Assembly (NCBI GenBank): GCA_963699215.1
Contig: OY969422.1
Coordinates: 723,536-787,535, forward strand
Length of the DNA stretch: 64,000 bases
Source of the DNA: an uncultured Solirubrobacterales bacterium
Lineage (GTDB): Bacteria; Actinomycetota; Thermoleophilia; Solirubrobacterales; 70-9
Direction: 5' to 3'
Below are positions 1 through 10,800 of the stretch, in pieces. The notes beneath the pieces were generated by a model. That model searched no databases. It had not been told where the DNA came from and saw only the letters and a list, made by a program, of their open reading frames with translations. The translations under genes and the position numbers were made by a program. How positions within the stretch are numbered: the stretch's first letter is position 1; every line of letters begins with the position of its first letter.

Positions 1-1257
1 CGCCTCCATCGTCGCCGCGTGGAAGTCCTCGAAGCGATCCCAGGTGATCGCCGTCTCGAAGGTCTCCGAGAGGACGCCGCAAGCGACGAAGGTATCGCGC
101 AGGTAGGGAGCGAGGAGGAAGGCGTTGCGCCAGGCGCCGACGGCGTCGGCGCTCTCGCTCCCGCCGCCGCTGAGGCGGACCGGCCCCGGTTCGCCGCCGT
201 GCTCGCGGGCGATCGCCAGCGCCAGCTCCATCGGCGCCTCGATTGGGTGGTGAGCCGACTCGAAGCCGAGCACCAGCAGGCTCTTCTCGCCCGAGCCCGC
301 CCCGGTCGTGCCGGCCTCGAGCGCATCGAGCAGGCGGCAGTTGCTGGGGTAGAGCCCCGACTGCGAGATCTCCCGCACCGCACCCGCGGCGGCCAGGAAG
401 TCGTCGAACTCGACCCCGCAGGATGCCTTGAGCTCGGGTCGCGGCCGCACCCTCACCCAGGCCTCGCCGATCACGCCGAGGATTCCCTCAGAGCCGATCA
501 GCGCCCGGTCAGGCGAGGGTCCCGCCCCCGAGCCCGGCAGCCGGCGGCTCTCCCAGAGCCCGCGAGGCGCGATCGCACGCACCGACTCGACCAGGTCGTC
601 GATGTGCGTGTAGAGCGTGGCGAAGTGGCCGCCGGCCCTGGTCGCGATCCAGCCGCCCAGGGTCGAGTACTCGAAGGACTGGGGGAAGTGGCGCAGGGTC
701 AAGCCCCGCTCGCGCAGCTGCTCCTCCAGCACCGGCCCGGTGGCACCGGCCTGGATCCGCGCCGCCATCGACTCCGCGTCGACCTCCAGCACCCGGTCCA
801 GCCGCCGCAGGTCGAGCGAGACGAACGGCCTATCCCCAAGCCGACCCTCCACCCCTCCGACCACGCTGGTCCCGCCGCCGAACGGGATCACGGCCGCGCC
901 CTCGGCCTCGGCCCAGCTCAGCACCGCCTCGATCTCCGACTCGTCCCGCGGCAGGGCAACCAGATCGGGCGGGTTCTCGAATTCCCCCCGGAACCCGCGC
1001 ACCACGTCCCGGTAAGCCTTCCCCAGCGCCCGCGAAACCCGCTCGTACTTCTCGTCCGTGAACAGGTCCCCCAGCTCAGCCGGTGCCTTCAACCGCGGCG
1101 CCCGCACCTCGACCGCATCGAGCGGCACCGCCTCCTCCGGCTCACCGCCAAGCCCAAGCCGCTCCCGAATCCCGGCAGCGGCCTCTTCCAGCTCTTTCTT
1201 CGAGGGCGCCTGATCCTCATACCCCCACCCCCAGTGCTTGAGCCGCCGCTCGCTCAC
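1..1257 (-). CDS. FAD-linked oxidase of the alkyl-dihydroxyacetonephosphate synthase (AGPS) type; C-terminal end lies outside the window
   Basis: Absent from the ORF track because it runs off the window. Reverse-strand translation from GTG at 1257 gives VSERRLKHWGWGYEDQ...IPFGGGTSVVGG...FPQSFEYSTLGGWIATRAGGH, matching the AGPS-like N-terminus and FAD-binding motifs. The listed + ORF 19..1419 is an Arg/Pro-rich shadow ORF. Confidence 0.7.
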   Translation of the reverse strand, partial: MSERRLKHWGWGYEDQAPSKKELEEAAAGIRERLGLGGEPEEAVPLDAVEVRAPRLKAPAELGDLFTDEKYERVSRALGKAYRDVVRGFRGEFENPPDLVALPRDESEIEAVLSWAEAEGAAVIPFGGGTSVVGGVEGRLGDRPFVSLDLRRLDRVLEVDAESMAARIQAGATGPVLEEQLRERGLTLRHFPQSFEYSTLGGWIATRAGGHFATLYTHIDDLVESVRAIAPRGLWESRRLPGSGAGPSPDRALIGSEGILGVIGEAWVRVRPRPELKASCGVEFDDFLAAAGAVREISQSGLYPSNCRLLDALEAGTTGAGSGEKSLLVLGFESAHHPIEAPMELALAIAREHGGEPGPVRLSGGGSESADAVGAWRNAFLLAPYLRDTFVACGVLSETFETAITWDRFEDFHAATMEA

Positions 1258-1292
1258 GGCCCGAACAATCGCACGCCCAGCAATTCAATGGA

Positions 1293-1325
1293 GCTTTTTA
1301 CCCCTTGTAGGGGGCACAAAGTGCC
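1293..1325. repeat. Degenerate copy of the CCCCYT.TAGGGGGCACAAA palindromic motif; probable terminator hairpin downstream of the reductase gene
   Basis: The sequence TTTTTACCCCTTGTAGGGGGCACAAAGTGCC contains the hairpins CCCC-ttgta-GGGG and GGCAC-aaa-GTGCC. It closely resembles the perfect palindrome at 22047-22078. Confidence 0.5.
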
Positions 1326-1358
1326 ATCAAGCCTCGGTAGGCGCACCTGCAGGCGCAC

Positions 1359-3350
1359 CTACCAGTGCACGCCTTTCATCAGGTGCGCAAAGGCGACCGC
1401 CTCGGTGGTGGGCGCCTGATCCGGCGCCTCGTCCCCCTTGCCCTTCGCCGCCTGCGACTCGGGGAAGAGTTTGTAGGCGGTGTTGAGGATTTTGTCGCTG
1501 ACCGTCGGCGCGACCGCGTAGAGCAGCTCGCCGAAGGTGCCGAGCCGGGTCGCCACCTTCTTCGGCTTGGAGATCATCGCGCCGGCGATCATCTCGGCCG
1601 CCTCCTCCGGGGTGATCGCGGGGAACATGTCGTACATCCGCGTCGGCGCGATCATCGGCGTCCGCACCAGCGGCATGTAGATCGTCGTGATGTCGACCCC
1701 GTCGTCGACGACCTCGGAGGCGATCACCCGGCTGAAGGCGTCGAGCGCCGCCTTCGAGGCGACGTAGGCGGAGAAGCGCGGCGGATTGGTCTGGGTGCCG
1801 ATCGAGCTGACGTTGATGATGTGGCCCGACTTGCGCGCCTGCATCGAGGGCAGCAGCGCCAGGATCAGCCGCAGGGCACCGAAGTAGTTGATCTGCATCG
1901 TCCGCTCGTAGTCGTGGAAGCGGTCGTAGGCGAGCTTGACCGAGCGCCGGATCGAGCGCCCGGCGTTGTTGACGAGGATGTCGACCTGCCCGTGGTAGGC
2001 GAGCACCTCCTCGGCCATCCGCTCGACGTCCTCGACGTCGGACATGTCGCAGCGGTGGATGTGGGCGACCCCTCCAGCTGCCTCGATCTCCGCCTTGGTC
2101 TCTTCCAGCTTGTCGACCGAGCGGGCCACCAGGAGCACGGTCGCCCCCGCGTCGGCGGCCTTGACCGCGGTCGCCTTGCCGATTCCGGACGAGGCGCCGG
2201 TGATCAGCACGACCTTGCCGCGCACGGCCGCCGAGAGCGAGCGGTCCTTGAACAGGTCGGGATCGAGGTTGCGCTCCCAGTAGTCCCAGACTCGGTCGGC
2301 GTAGCTCTCCAGGGGCGGCACCGCTATCCCCGAGCCCGCCAGCGCCGCCTCCGCCTCGGTCGAGTCGAAGTGGGTCGGGTAGTTGACGTAGTTGAGCACC
2401 CCGGCCGGGATGCCGACCTCGCCCAGCGCCCTCTTCGCCACCCGCTTGGCCGGCGGGAAGAGCCGCAGCCCGGTGCGGACCAGGCTCGTCGCCGGATCGG
2501 TGACGCCGGGATCCAGGCGCAGCGCCGCCTGCGGCGCGTCGGCGGCGCGGGCGAAGAGGTTGAGCACCTCGCCGGCGGTCTTCGGCTTGGGGTCGGTGAG
2601 ATGGAAGGCGCGACCGTCGAGCCCCGGCTTGTGGGCAATGTGGTCGATCGCCGCGGCGACGTAGTCGACCGGGACGATGTTGATCTCGCCGCCTTCGACG
2701 CCGACGGTCGGCAGCCAGGCCGGCAGCACCCGCCGGACCTGCTGCAGCAGCTTGAACATGTAGTAGGGCCCGTCGATCTTGTCGATCTCGCCCGAGCGCG
2801 AGTCGCCGACAACGATCCCCGGCCGGTAGACGCGCCAGGGGCGGCTGCACTGCTCGCGCACGACCCGCTCGGACTCGTGCTTGGTGCGGAAGTACGGGTG
2901 CGTGTCGAGTTTTTCGGCCTGCTCGAACATGTCCTCGGTCCAGGTGCCCTCGTAGAGGCCGGCGGCGGCGATCGAGCTGACCTGGTGGAAGCAGCCGGCC
3001 TCGATCGCGCCGGCGAGTTCGACCGCGTGCCGCGTCCCCTCGACGTTGGCCACCTCCTGCGCCTCGGCGCCGGCCGCCATGTCGTAGATCGCGGCCAGGT
3101 GGAAGAAGTGGTCGACGTCGCCGCGCAGTGTCAGCAGGTCCTCCTCGGAGACGCCGAGGCCGGGCTGGGAGAGGTCGCCGGCGATCGGCACGACGCGGGC
3201 GCCGTCGGCTCCCCAGGCGGTGCGCAGCTCCTCCAACCGCCCGCGCGAGCCCGCTCGCACGAGCGCGTAGACGGTGCCCTCGCGCTGCAGCAGGCGGGAG
3301 ACGAGGTTGCGGCCGATGAAGCCCGTCGCCCCGGTGACGAAATAGTTCAT
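1359..3350 (-). CDS. Fused fatty acyl-CoA reductase (NAD-binding reductase domain) plus short-chain dehydrogenase, AcrA1-like
   Basis: ORF 1359..3365. N-terminal [16 protein letters not shown] Rossmann motif; C-terminal second Rossmann [14 protein letters not shown] with the YVASKAAL (YxxxK) SDR motif. ATG at 3350 is preferred over GTG at 3365, but the start is uncertain. Confidence 0.75.
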   Translation of the reverse strand: MNYFVTGATGFIGRNLVSRLLQREGTVYALVRAGSRGRLEELRTAWGADGARVVPIAGDLSQPGLGVSEEDLLTLRGDVDHFFHLAAIYDMAAGAEAQEVANVEGTRHAVELAGAIEAGCFHQVSSIAAAGLYEGTWTEDMFEQAEKLDTHPYFRTKHESERVVREQCSRPWRVYRPGIVVGDSRSGEIDKIDGPYYMFKLLQQVRRVLPAWLPTVGVEGGEINIVPVDYVAAAIDHIAHKPGLDGRAFHLTDPKPKTAGEVLNLFARAADAPQAALRLDPGVTDPATSLVRTGLRLFPPAKRVAKRALGEVGIPAGVLNYVNYPTHFDSTEAEAALAGSGIAVPPLESYADRVWDYWERNLDPDLFKDRSLSAAVRGKVVLITGASSGIGKATAVKAADAGATVLLVARSVDKLEETKAEIEAAGGVAHIHRCDMSDVEDVERMAEEVLAYHGQVDILVNNAGRSIRRSVKLAYDRFHDYERTMQINYFGALRLILALLPSMQARKSGHIINVSSIGTQTNPPRFSAYVASKAALDAFSRVIASEVVDDGVDITTIYMPLVRTPMIAPTRMYDMFPAITPEEAAEMIAGAMISKPKKVATRLGTFGELLYAVAPTVSDKILNTAYKLFPESQAAKGKGDEAPDQAPTTEAVAFAHLMKGVHW

Positions 3351-3376
3351 CGCTCTTTCATACACTCAATCGACAG

Positions 3377-6300
3377 ATGGCGCAAACGGCGACCCTGCAG
3401 ATCCAGATGCCCGAGATGGGGGAGTCCGTTACCGAGGGCATCGTCCTCGAGTGGCATGTCGCCGAGGGAGATTTCGTCAACGAGGGCGACACGGTGGTCG
3501 AGGTCTCGACCGACAAGGTCGACGCCGAGGTGCCGGCGCCGGCCGACGGGGTCATCACGAAGCTGATCGCGCAGGTCGACGACGAGGTGCCTGTCGGCGC
3601 TCCGCTGGCGGAGATGGAGCCCGGTGAGGGAGAGGGCGGGACGGCCGAGGGTTCGGGCGCCTCAGCCGCGGGTCCTGTCGGCGCAGGGGACCGAGACGCC
3701 TCAGCCGCGGGTCCTGTCGCGGAGGAGGGGGGGGCACTGCGGGCGGGCCACGGTCCGTCCTCGACCCCCCCTCCTCCCCGCCACCCACGGGTGGGACGTC
3801 TGAGGGAGCTCCCACCGGGAACGGGGCTGGCAACGGAGTTCGGGCGACTCCCGTCGCTCGGAGGGTCGCTGAAGAGACCGGCGTCGACCTTGGCTCGGTG
3901 AGCGGGAACGGGCCGGGGGGCAAGGTCACCAAGGACGATGTGCTGGCGGCTGCCGACGGGGGCAATGGCGCACTCGCGGCGCCCAGGGCCGGCGAGGCGA
4001 AGCCTTTGCGGGGGCCGGCGGCGATGCTGGCTCAGGCGATGGGCGAGAGCCGGGAGGTTCCCACCGCCACTTCGTTCCGCGAGGTTGCCGTCGACACGCT
4101 CGACGCGAAGCGCAGGGCGCTCAACGGACTGCTCAAGGAGCGCGGGGTGAAGGTCTCCTTCACCCACCTGATCGCCTGGGCGATCGTCCAGGCGGCGAAG
4201 CAGTGGCCGGTGATGACGCGCAGCTTCGAGGAGCGCGACGGCAAGCCGTTCGCGATCGAGAACGGGCCGGTCAACCTCGGCATCGCGGTCGACATCGAGC
4301 GCAAGGACGGCTCGCGCAGCCTGATGGTGCCGGCGATCAAGGGCGCCGACGGGCTCGACTTCGCCGCCTTCCACTCCTACTACGAGGACCTGATCACGAA
4401 GACGCGCGAGAGCAAGCTCACCGCCGACGACTTCCAGGGGACCAACATCTCGCTGACCAACCCGGGTGGGATCGGCACCGTCGCTTCGGTCCCGCGCCTG
4501 ATGAAGGGGCAGAGCGCGATCGTCGCCGCCGGGGCGATCGCCTACCCGCCCGAGTGGGCGCACGCCTCGCCCGAGCGGCTGCGCCAGCTCGGCGTCTCGA
4601 AGACGATGACGCTGACCTCGACCTACGACCACCGGGTGATCCAGGGTGCGGAGTCGGGCGCCTTCCTGCGCCGGATCGAGCAGTTGCTCGAGGGCGAGGA
4701 CGGCTTCTACGAGACGGTCGCCGCCGATCTCGCCGTCGACCCCGGCCCGCTCGCCGCCGCCCACCCCGCCTCCGCCTCGGCGCCGCCGCTCGGCGCCGCC
4801 GCCCCGCCGCCCACCCCGGGCGCGCCCGACGAGGAGCTGCTGAGGGCGGTCCAGGCCGCGACCTCGCTGCTCAAGGGCTACCGCACCCACGGCCACCTCG
4901 CGGCCCGGCTCGACCCGCTCGGGCGGGAGCCCAAGAGCGACCCGGCGATCCAGCCCGAGAACCTCAACCTGACTCCGGAGCTGATGGCCCGCGTCCCGGC
5001 CTCGATCCTGCGGATCGGCGTTCCGGGCGAGACGCTGCTCGACGTGCTGCCGCGGATGCGCGAGGCCTACTGCGGCACGATCGCCTACCAGTTCGAGCAC
5101 CTCTCCTCGCACCAGCAACGGACCTGGCTGCGCGAGATGGTCGAGACCGGCGCCCACCGCCAGCCCCTCACCGACGAGGAGAAACGCCGCCTGCTCCACC
5201 GCCTGATCGACGTCTTCGAGTTCGAGCGCTTCATCGAGAAGGCGTACCTGGGACAGAAGATCTTCTCGATCGAGGGTCTCGACACGATCGTGCCGATGCT
5301 CGACGAGCTGGTCACCCTCGCCGGGCGGGCGGGCGCCGAGGAGGTCGTCTTCGGCATGGCGCACCGCGGCCGCCTCAGCGTCCTCGCCCACAACCTCGGG
5401 CGATCGGTCGAGTCGATTCTGGCCGAGTTCGAGGGCTCGAAGCAGATCGAGCAGGTGAAGGCGGTCGCGGCCATACCCCATGGCGGCACCGGCGACGTCA
5501 AGTACCACTACGGCCACCAGGGGATCTACGAGACCAGCGAGGGCGAGAAGATCGCCGTCCGCCTCTACCCCAACCCGAGCCACCTCGAGTTCGTCGACCC
5601 GGTGGTCGAGGGGGCGACTCGCTTCCTCCAGTCGAGAATCGACGGGGCGAAGCTCGAGCACGAGCCGAAGTGCGCGGTGCCGGTGCTGCTGCACGGCGAC
5701 GCGGCCTTCCCCGGCCAGGGGGTGGTCGCCGAGACGCTCAACCTGCAGGCGCTGCGCGGCTACACCACGGGCGGCACGATCCACGTCATCCAGGACAACC
5801 AGGTGGGCTTCACCACCGACCCCGAGGACGCGCGCTCGACCCCGTATGCGGCCGACATGGCGAAGGGGTTCAACATCCCGATCGTCCACGTCAACGCCGA
5901 CGACGTCGAGGCCTGCTCCTCGGCGATCCGCCTGGCGATGGCCTTCCGCGAGCGCTGGGGCCGCGACATCGTCATCGACGTGATCGGCTACCGCCGCTAC
6001 GGCCACAACGAGACCGACGAGCCCGCCTACACCCAACCCGCGATCGCGGCCAAGATCAAGGCCCACCCGCCGGTCTCCGAGATCTACGCCGAGAAGCTGA
6101 TCGGGGAGGGGACGATCGCCAGCGAGGACGTCGAGCGGGCGCGTACCGAGCGCCACGACGAGATGTCGGCGGCGCTCAAGGACCTGCGCAAGAAGATGGA
6201 GCTGGGCGAGTACGAAGACCCCACCGTGACCACCTCGAGCACGGGCGAACTCGACCGCAGCGCCAGCCCGCCGGTCGAGACCGCCGTCGCGGCGGAGAAG

Positions 6301-7446
6301 CTGAGCGAGCTCAACGAAGCCCTGCAGGAGGTGCCGGAGAGCTTCACGATCCACCGCAAGCTGCGCAAGCCGCTCGGCAACCGGGGCGATGCCCTGGCCG
6401 AGGGCGGGATCGAGTTCGGCCACGCCGAGGCGCTCGCCTTCGCCTCTCTGCTCACCGAGGGTGTCCACATCCGCCTCACCGGGCAGGACACCGAGCGCGG
6501 CACCTTCTCCCACCGTCACCTGGTCCTGCACGACGAGAAGACCGGCCTGCCCTACTGCCCGATGCAGAACCTCGCCGGCTCGACCGCCCCTTTCGAGCTC
6601 TACAACAGCCCACTCTCCGAGATCGCCTGCCTCGGCTTCGAGTACGGCTACTCGGCGGCGACGCCAAACGCGCTTGTCCTCTGGGAGGCGCAGTTCGGCG
6701 ACTTCGCCAACGCCGGCCAGGTGATCGTCGACAGCTTCATCGTCTCCGGCGAGGCCAAGTGGGGACAGACCAGCCGCCTCACCCTGCTGCTGCCGCACGG
6801 CTACGAGGGCTCCGGCCCGGAGCACTCCAGTGCCCGCATCGAGCGCTTCCTGGCGCTGGCGGCGGAGGGCAACATCCGCATCGCCAACCCGAGCACCGCC
6901 GCCCAGTACTTCCACCTGCTGCGCCGCCAGGCGCTGATCCGCAAGCCGCGGCCGATGATCGTCTTCACCCCGAAGGGATTGCTACGGCTCGGCCGCGCCT
7001 CGGCGACGGTCGACGAACTGACCAATGGCCAGTTCCACTTCATCCTCGACGACCCGGCCGCCGCCGAGCGACGCGAGAAGGTCGAGCGGCTGGTGCTCTG
7101 CACCGGCAAGGTCTTCTGGGACATCGACGCCAGCGAACGGCGTCAGGCGGCCGAGAACGTGGCGATCGCCCGGGTCGAGCTGCTCTACCCCTTCGCCAAG
7201 GAACAGCTGAGCGAGCTGATCGCCTCCTACCCGAACCTGAAGGAGATCGTCTGGGCGCAGGAGGAGCCGCGCAACATGGGCTGCTGGAAGGTGATGTCGC
7301 GCCGCCTCCCCGACCTGATGCCGGAGGGCGTCGAGCTCGGCTACGTCGGCCGCCCGACCCGGGCCAGCCCGGGCGAGGGGTACTCGGTCGCGCACGCGCG
7401 GGAGCAGGAGCGAATCGTGCTCACCGCTCTGACCCCCGGTGCCTGA
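3377..7446 (+). CDS. odhA: Multifunctional 2-oxoglutarate dehydrogenase, OdhA/Kgd-like, with lipoyl, E3-binding, E2 succinyltransferase and E1o domains; one frame break in the linker as assembled
   Basis: ORF 3377..3901 carries a lipoyl domain ([14 protein letters not shown]). Frame 1 is open from 3628 and encodes a PSBD ([32 protein letters not shown]), an E2 catalytic core ([11 protein letters not shown]) and a TPP-dependent E1o ([18 protein letters not shown]). One added nucleotide near 3727-3771 joins the two frames into 1356 codons. Confidence 0.85.
3721..3777. repeat. Palindromic element inside the odhA inter-domain linker
   Basis: GGAGGA followed by 8 G (3721-3734) faces 7 C followed by TCCTCC (3765-3777), with about 30 nt between. 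It is preceded by a 21-nt direct repeat, CCTCAGCCGCGGGTCCTGTCG, at 3660-3680 and 3699-3719. Confidence 0.6.
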
Positions 7447-7766
7447 TGCGCAAGCCGGTTCCCGGGCCCCTGTTCGTGTGGGTGAAGCGACTGTCCTGGG
7501 TCGAGCTGGTCGTATTCGCCGGGTTGCTGGTCTTCTGGCTCGCCCCCGGCTTCGATACGGAGACGATGGTCTTCGGCTGGGCCCATGGCCTCGGATTCAT
7601 CGCCCTCTGCGTGTTGATCTGGATCGCCTGTGTAAAGCGCGAGGCCCCCTACACGTTGCTCGCCGCCACCCTCACCCCGGTCGGCCCGGTTGGCAGTGTG
7701 ATCGGGATCGAGCTGATCGAGCGACGTGGGTGGGGCATCCGGGATTCCCCGCAAAAAGTCGCGTAA
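7446..7766 (+). CDS. Small integral membrane protein (DUF3817-like)
   Basis: The hydrophobic tail of track ORF 4203..7766, starting at [32 protein letters not shown]. Its ATG overlaps the odhA stop (TGATG), and three hydrophobic segments are visible. Confidence 0.6.
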   Translation: MRKPVPGPLFVWVKRLSWVELVVFAGLLVFWLAPGFDTETMVFGWAHGLGFIALCVLIWIACVKREAPYTLLAATLTPVGPVGSVIGIELIERRGWGIRDSPQKVA

Positions 7767-7966
7767 TCGCCGTAGATACGCTCAAGATGCCTTGACCCCA
7801 GCCCTCTCAGGCGCTATAGGTAGACAGTGACTGTTCGTCTTGAGCAGTCCCGCTCGAGCGAGCAGGCGCGTCGGCATCCCTCCCTGGCTACCGACGCATA
7901 TAGGTGCAGTGAGGGTCGCGCGGACCCCCTGCCTCCCGCGGCCCTCCTGCGCCGCCCTGTCCGAAC

Positions 7967-10759
7967 TCAGTCCCTCAGGCCCCTCAGCACCGTCTGCAGG
8001 ATTCCACCGTTCTTGAAGTACACAACCTCGTTGGGGGTATCGAGACGTACGGTCGCATCGAACTCGACCTCGCCCGCTGTGACGGTGACGGTTTTCGCAT
8101 CGCCGCCTTCGAGGTCGCCTATGTCCACGACCTCTTCGCCGCCGAGGCCGAGCGAGTCGATCGACTCGCTCGCCGGGAACTGCAGCGGGAGCACGCCCAT
8201 GCCGATCAGGTTGGAGCGGTGGATCCGCTCGAAGGACTCGGCGATCACGGCGCGGACGCCGAGCAGCTTGGTGCCCTTGGCGGCCCAGTCGCGCGAGGAG
8301 CCCGAGCCGTACTCCTTGCCGGCGAGGACCACCAGCGGCACCCCTTCCTCCGCGTAGGCCGTCGCCGCCTCGAAGATCGTCGTCTCCTCACCGTCGGGAA
8401 AGTGGCGAGTGAAGCCACCCGCACGCTCGACCAGCAGGTTGCGCAGCCGGATGTTGGCGAAGGTGCCGCGGATCATCACCTCGTGGTTGCCGCGGCGCGA
8501 GCCGTAGGAGTTGAAGTCGCGTGGGTCCACCCCATGTTCGACCAGCCACTCCCCTGCCGGGCTCGCCTTCTTGATCGCTCCGGCGGGCGAGATGTGATCG
8601 GTGGTGATCGAGTCGCCGAGCAGAGCAAGCACGCGGGCGTCGCGGATCGGCTCGACCGGCGGCGGCTCGGGCGGCATCCCCTCGAAGAAGGAGGGCTTGC
8701 GGACGTAGGTCGAGTCGGGCCAGGTGTAGCGGTCCCCCTCCGGCACCTCGACCGCTTTCCAGGTGTCGTCTCCCTCCAGCACGCCGCCGTAGTTGCGGGT
8801 GAACATCTCGGAGGCGATCGAGCGGCCGATCAGCTCCTTCACCTCGGCCGGGTCGGGCCAGATGTCGCGCAGGTAGACCGGCTCGCCGTCGCTGCCCTCG
8901 CCCAGCGGCTCGCTGTTCAGGTCGAGGTCCATGCGGCCGGCAAGCGCGTAGGCGACGACCAGCGGCGGGCTGGCCAGGTAGTTCGCCTTCACGTCCTGGT
9001 TGATGCGGCCCTCGAAGTTGCGGTTTCCCGAGAGCACCGAGCAGACGGCTAGATCCTTCTCCTCGACCGCGGCCGAGATCTCCGCTGGCAGCGGTCCCGA
9101 GTTGCCGATGCAGGTGGTGCAACCGTAGCCGACGAGGTTGAACTGGAGCGCGTTGAGGTACTCGGTCAGGCCGGCCTTGTCGAGGTAGTCGGTGACCACG
9201 GTCGAACCCGGGGCCAGCGAGGTCTTCACCCACGGTTGACGCCGCAGCCCCCGCTGCACCGCGTTGCGGGCGAGCAGCCCGGCGGCGATCATCACCGAGG
9301 GGTTGGAGGTGTTGGTGCAGCTGGTGATCGCGGCGATCACGACCCGGCCGTGGTCGAGCTCGACCGTCGTGCCGTCCTCCAGCATCACCTCGATCTCGTC
9401 GCCGCTGCCGCGCTCCAGCGTCGCCACCGGGCTGCCGCTCAGCGCCGGTCGCGGCTTGCCGCGCTCGTCGTCGTGGTCCTCGGCCGGCGGGTCCGAGGCC
9501 GGAAAGGACTCTTCGCTCGCCTCGTCGACGCCGTTGCCCATCCGCTCGGCCGCCTCCGGGTCGAACTCGTGCATCGCCCCGAGGAAGGCCTCCTTCGCCT
9601 GCGCCAGCGGCACCCGGTCCTGGGGGCGTTTGGGCCCGGCGATACTCGGCTCTACCTGGCTCAGGTCCAACTCCAGCGTCGCCGAGAAGACCGGGTCCTG
9701 ACTGGACTCGTCCTGGAACATGCCCTGCTCGCGGGCGTAGGCGTCGACCAGCTCGATCGTCTCGGTCGGGCGCCCAGTCAGCTCCAGGTAGCGCAGCGTC
9801 TCGGCGTCGATCGGGAAGATCGCGCAGGTCGACCCGAACTCCGGCGACATGTTGCCGATCGTCGCCCGGTCGGCCAGGCCCAGCGTCGCCAGGCCGGGGC
9901 CGAAGAACTCGACGAACTTGGAGACGACGCCGTGCTCGCGCAGCATCTCGGTCACGGTCAGGACCAGGTCGGTCGCGGTCGCCCCCTGGGGCAGCTCGCC
10001 GTCGAGCTTGAAGCCGACCACCTGGGGCAGGAGCATCGAGACCGGCTGGCCGAGCATCGCCGCCTCGGCCTCGATCCCACCGACCCCCCAGCCGAGCACG
10101 CCGAGGCCGTTGACCATCGTCGTGTGCGAGTCGGTGCCGACCAGCGTGTCGGGGTAGGCCTGCAGCGTGCCGCTGCGCTCGCTGCTGTAGACGACCTGGG
10201 AGATGTGCTCGAGGTTGACCTGGTGGCAGATCCCGGTCGCCGGCGGGACGACGCTGAAGTTGTCGAAGGCCTCGCGCCCCCACTTGAGGAAGGAGTAGCG
10301 CTCGCGATTGCGCTCGAACTCGCGCTCGGCGTTGATCGCGAAGGCGCGCTCGTTGCCGAAGGCGTCGACCTGGACCGAGTGGTCGATCACCAGGTCGACG
10401 TCGACCAGCGGGTTGATCTTCTCCGGGTCGCCGCCGATCTCGGCCATCGCGTCGCGCATCGCCGCCAGGTCGACCACCGCCGGCACGCCGGTGAAGTCCT
10501 GCATCAGCACCCGCGCCGGCTGGTAGGGGATCTCGGCGCTGGGCTCCGCCGCCGCGTCCCAGGCAGCGATCGCCTCGACGTCGGCGGCGCTCGCCGATAC
10601 TCCGTCCTCCAACCGCAGCACGTTCTCCAGCAGGATCTTGAGCGAGTAGGGCAGGCGGGCAACGTCGAAGCGCTGCTGCAGCGCGTCGAGGCGGAAGATC
10701 TCGTAAGAGCGACCGCTCACCTCGAGGGTCGAGCGCGCGCCGAAGGAGTCGCTGCTCAT
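7967..10759 (-). CDS. acnA: Aconitate hydratase A
   Basis: 930-aa ORF with aconitase motifs throughout, including [16 protein letters not shown] and the C-terminal swivel domain. Confidence 0.95.
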   Translation of the reverse strand: MSSDSFGARSTLEVSGRSYEIFRLDALQQRFDVARLPYSLKILLENVLRLEDGVSASAADVEAIAAWDAAAEPSAEIPYQPARVLMQDFTGVPAVVDLAAMRDAMAEIGGDPEKINPLVDVDLVIDHSVQVDAFGNERAFAINAEREFERNRERYSFLKWGREAFDNFSVVPPATGICHQVNLEHISQVVYSSERSGTLQAYPDTLVGTDSHTTMVNGLGVLGWGVGGIEAEAAMLGQPVSMLLPQVVGFKLDGELPQGATATDLVLTVTEMLREHGVVSKFVEFFGPGLATLGLADRATIGNMSPEFGSTCAIFPIDAETLRYLELTGRPTETIELVDAYAREQGMFQDESSQDPVFSATLELDLSQVEPSIAGPKRPQDRVPLAQAKEAFLGAMHEFDPEAAERMGNGVDEASEESFPASDPPAEDHDDERGKPRPALSGSPVATLERGSGDEIEVMLEDGTTVELDHGRVVIAAITSCTNTSNPSVMIAAGLLARNAVQRGLRRQPWVKTSLAPGSTVVTDYLDKAGLTEYLNALQFNLVGYGCTTCIGNSGPLPAEISAAVEEKDLAVCSVLSGNRNFEGRINQDVKANYLASPPLVVAYALAGRMDLDLNSEPLGEGSDGEPVYLRDIWPDPAEVKELIGRSIASEMFTRNYGGVLEGDDTWKAVEVPEGDRYTWPDSTYVRKPSFFEGMPPEPPPVEPIRDARVLALLGDSITTDHISPAGAIKKASPAGEWLVEHGVDPRDFNSYGSRRGNHEVMIRGTFANIRLRNLLVERAGGFTRHFPDGEETTIFEAATAYAEEGVPLVVLAGKEYGSGSSRDWAAKGTKLLGVRAVIAESFERIHRSNLIGMGVLPLQFPASESIDSLGLGGEEVVDIGDLEGGDAKTVTVTAGEVEFDATVRLDTPNEVVYFKNGGILQTVLRGLRD

Positions 10760-10800
10760 ACGTCCATCCTACGAAGCGCCGCCTAGCGGCGGCGCCAGGG

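Noticed and set aside
3660-3719. CRISPR-like or tandem-repeat array
   Set aside because: There are only two copies of a 21-mer at 39-nt spacing. They lie inside a coding linker and encode a duplicated peptide. No cas genes are present and there are no further repeats.
3358-6915. Very long ORFs antisense or out of frame to recognisable genes (3358..6915-, 19..1419+, 1365..3566+, 4203..7766+ apart from its last 107 codons, 8388..10883-, 19444..22065+, 33820..36912-, 43076..45763+, and many shorter ones)
   Set aside because: Their translations are dominated by Arg, Gly, Pro and Ala with no family motifs. Each overlaps a gene with clear conserved motifs in another frame. These are the shadow ORFs expected in stop-codon-poor high-GC DNA.
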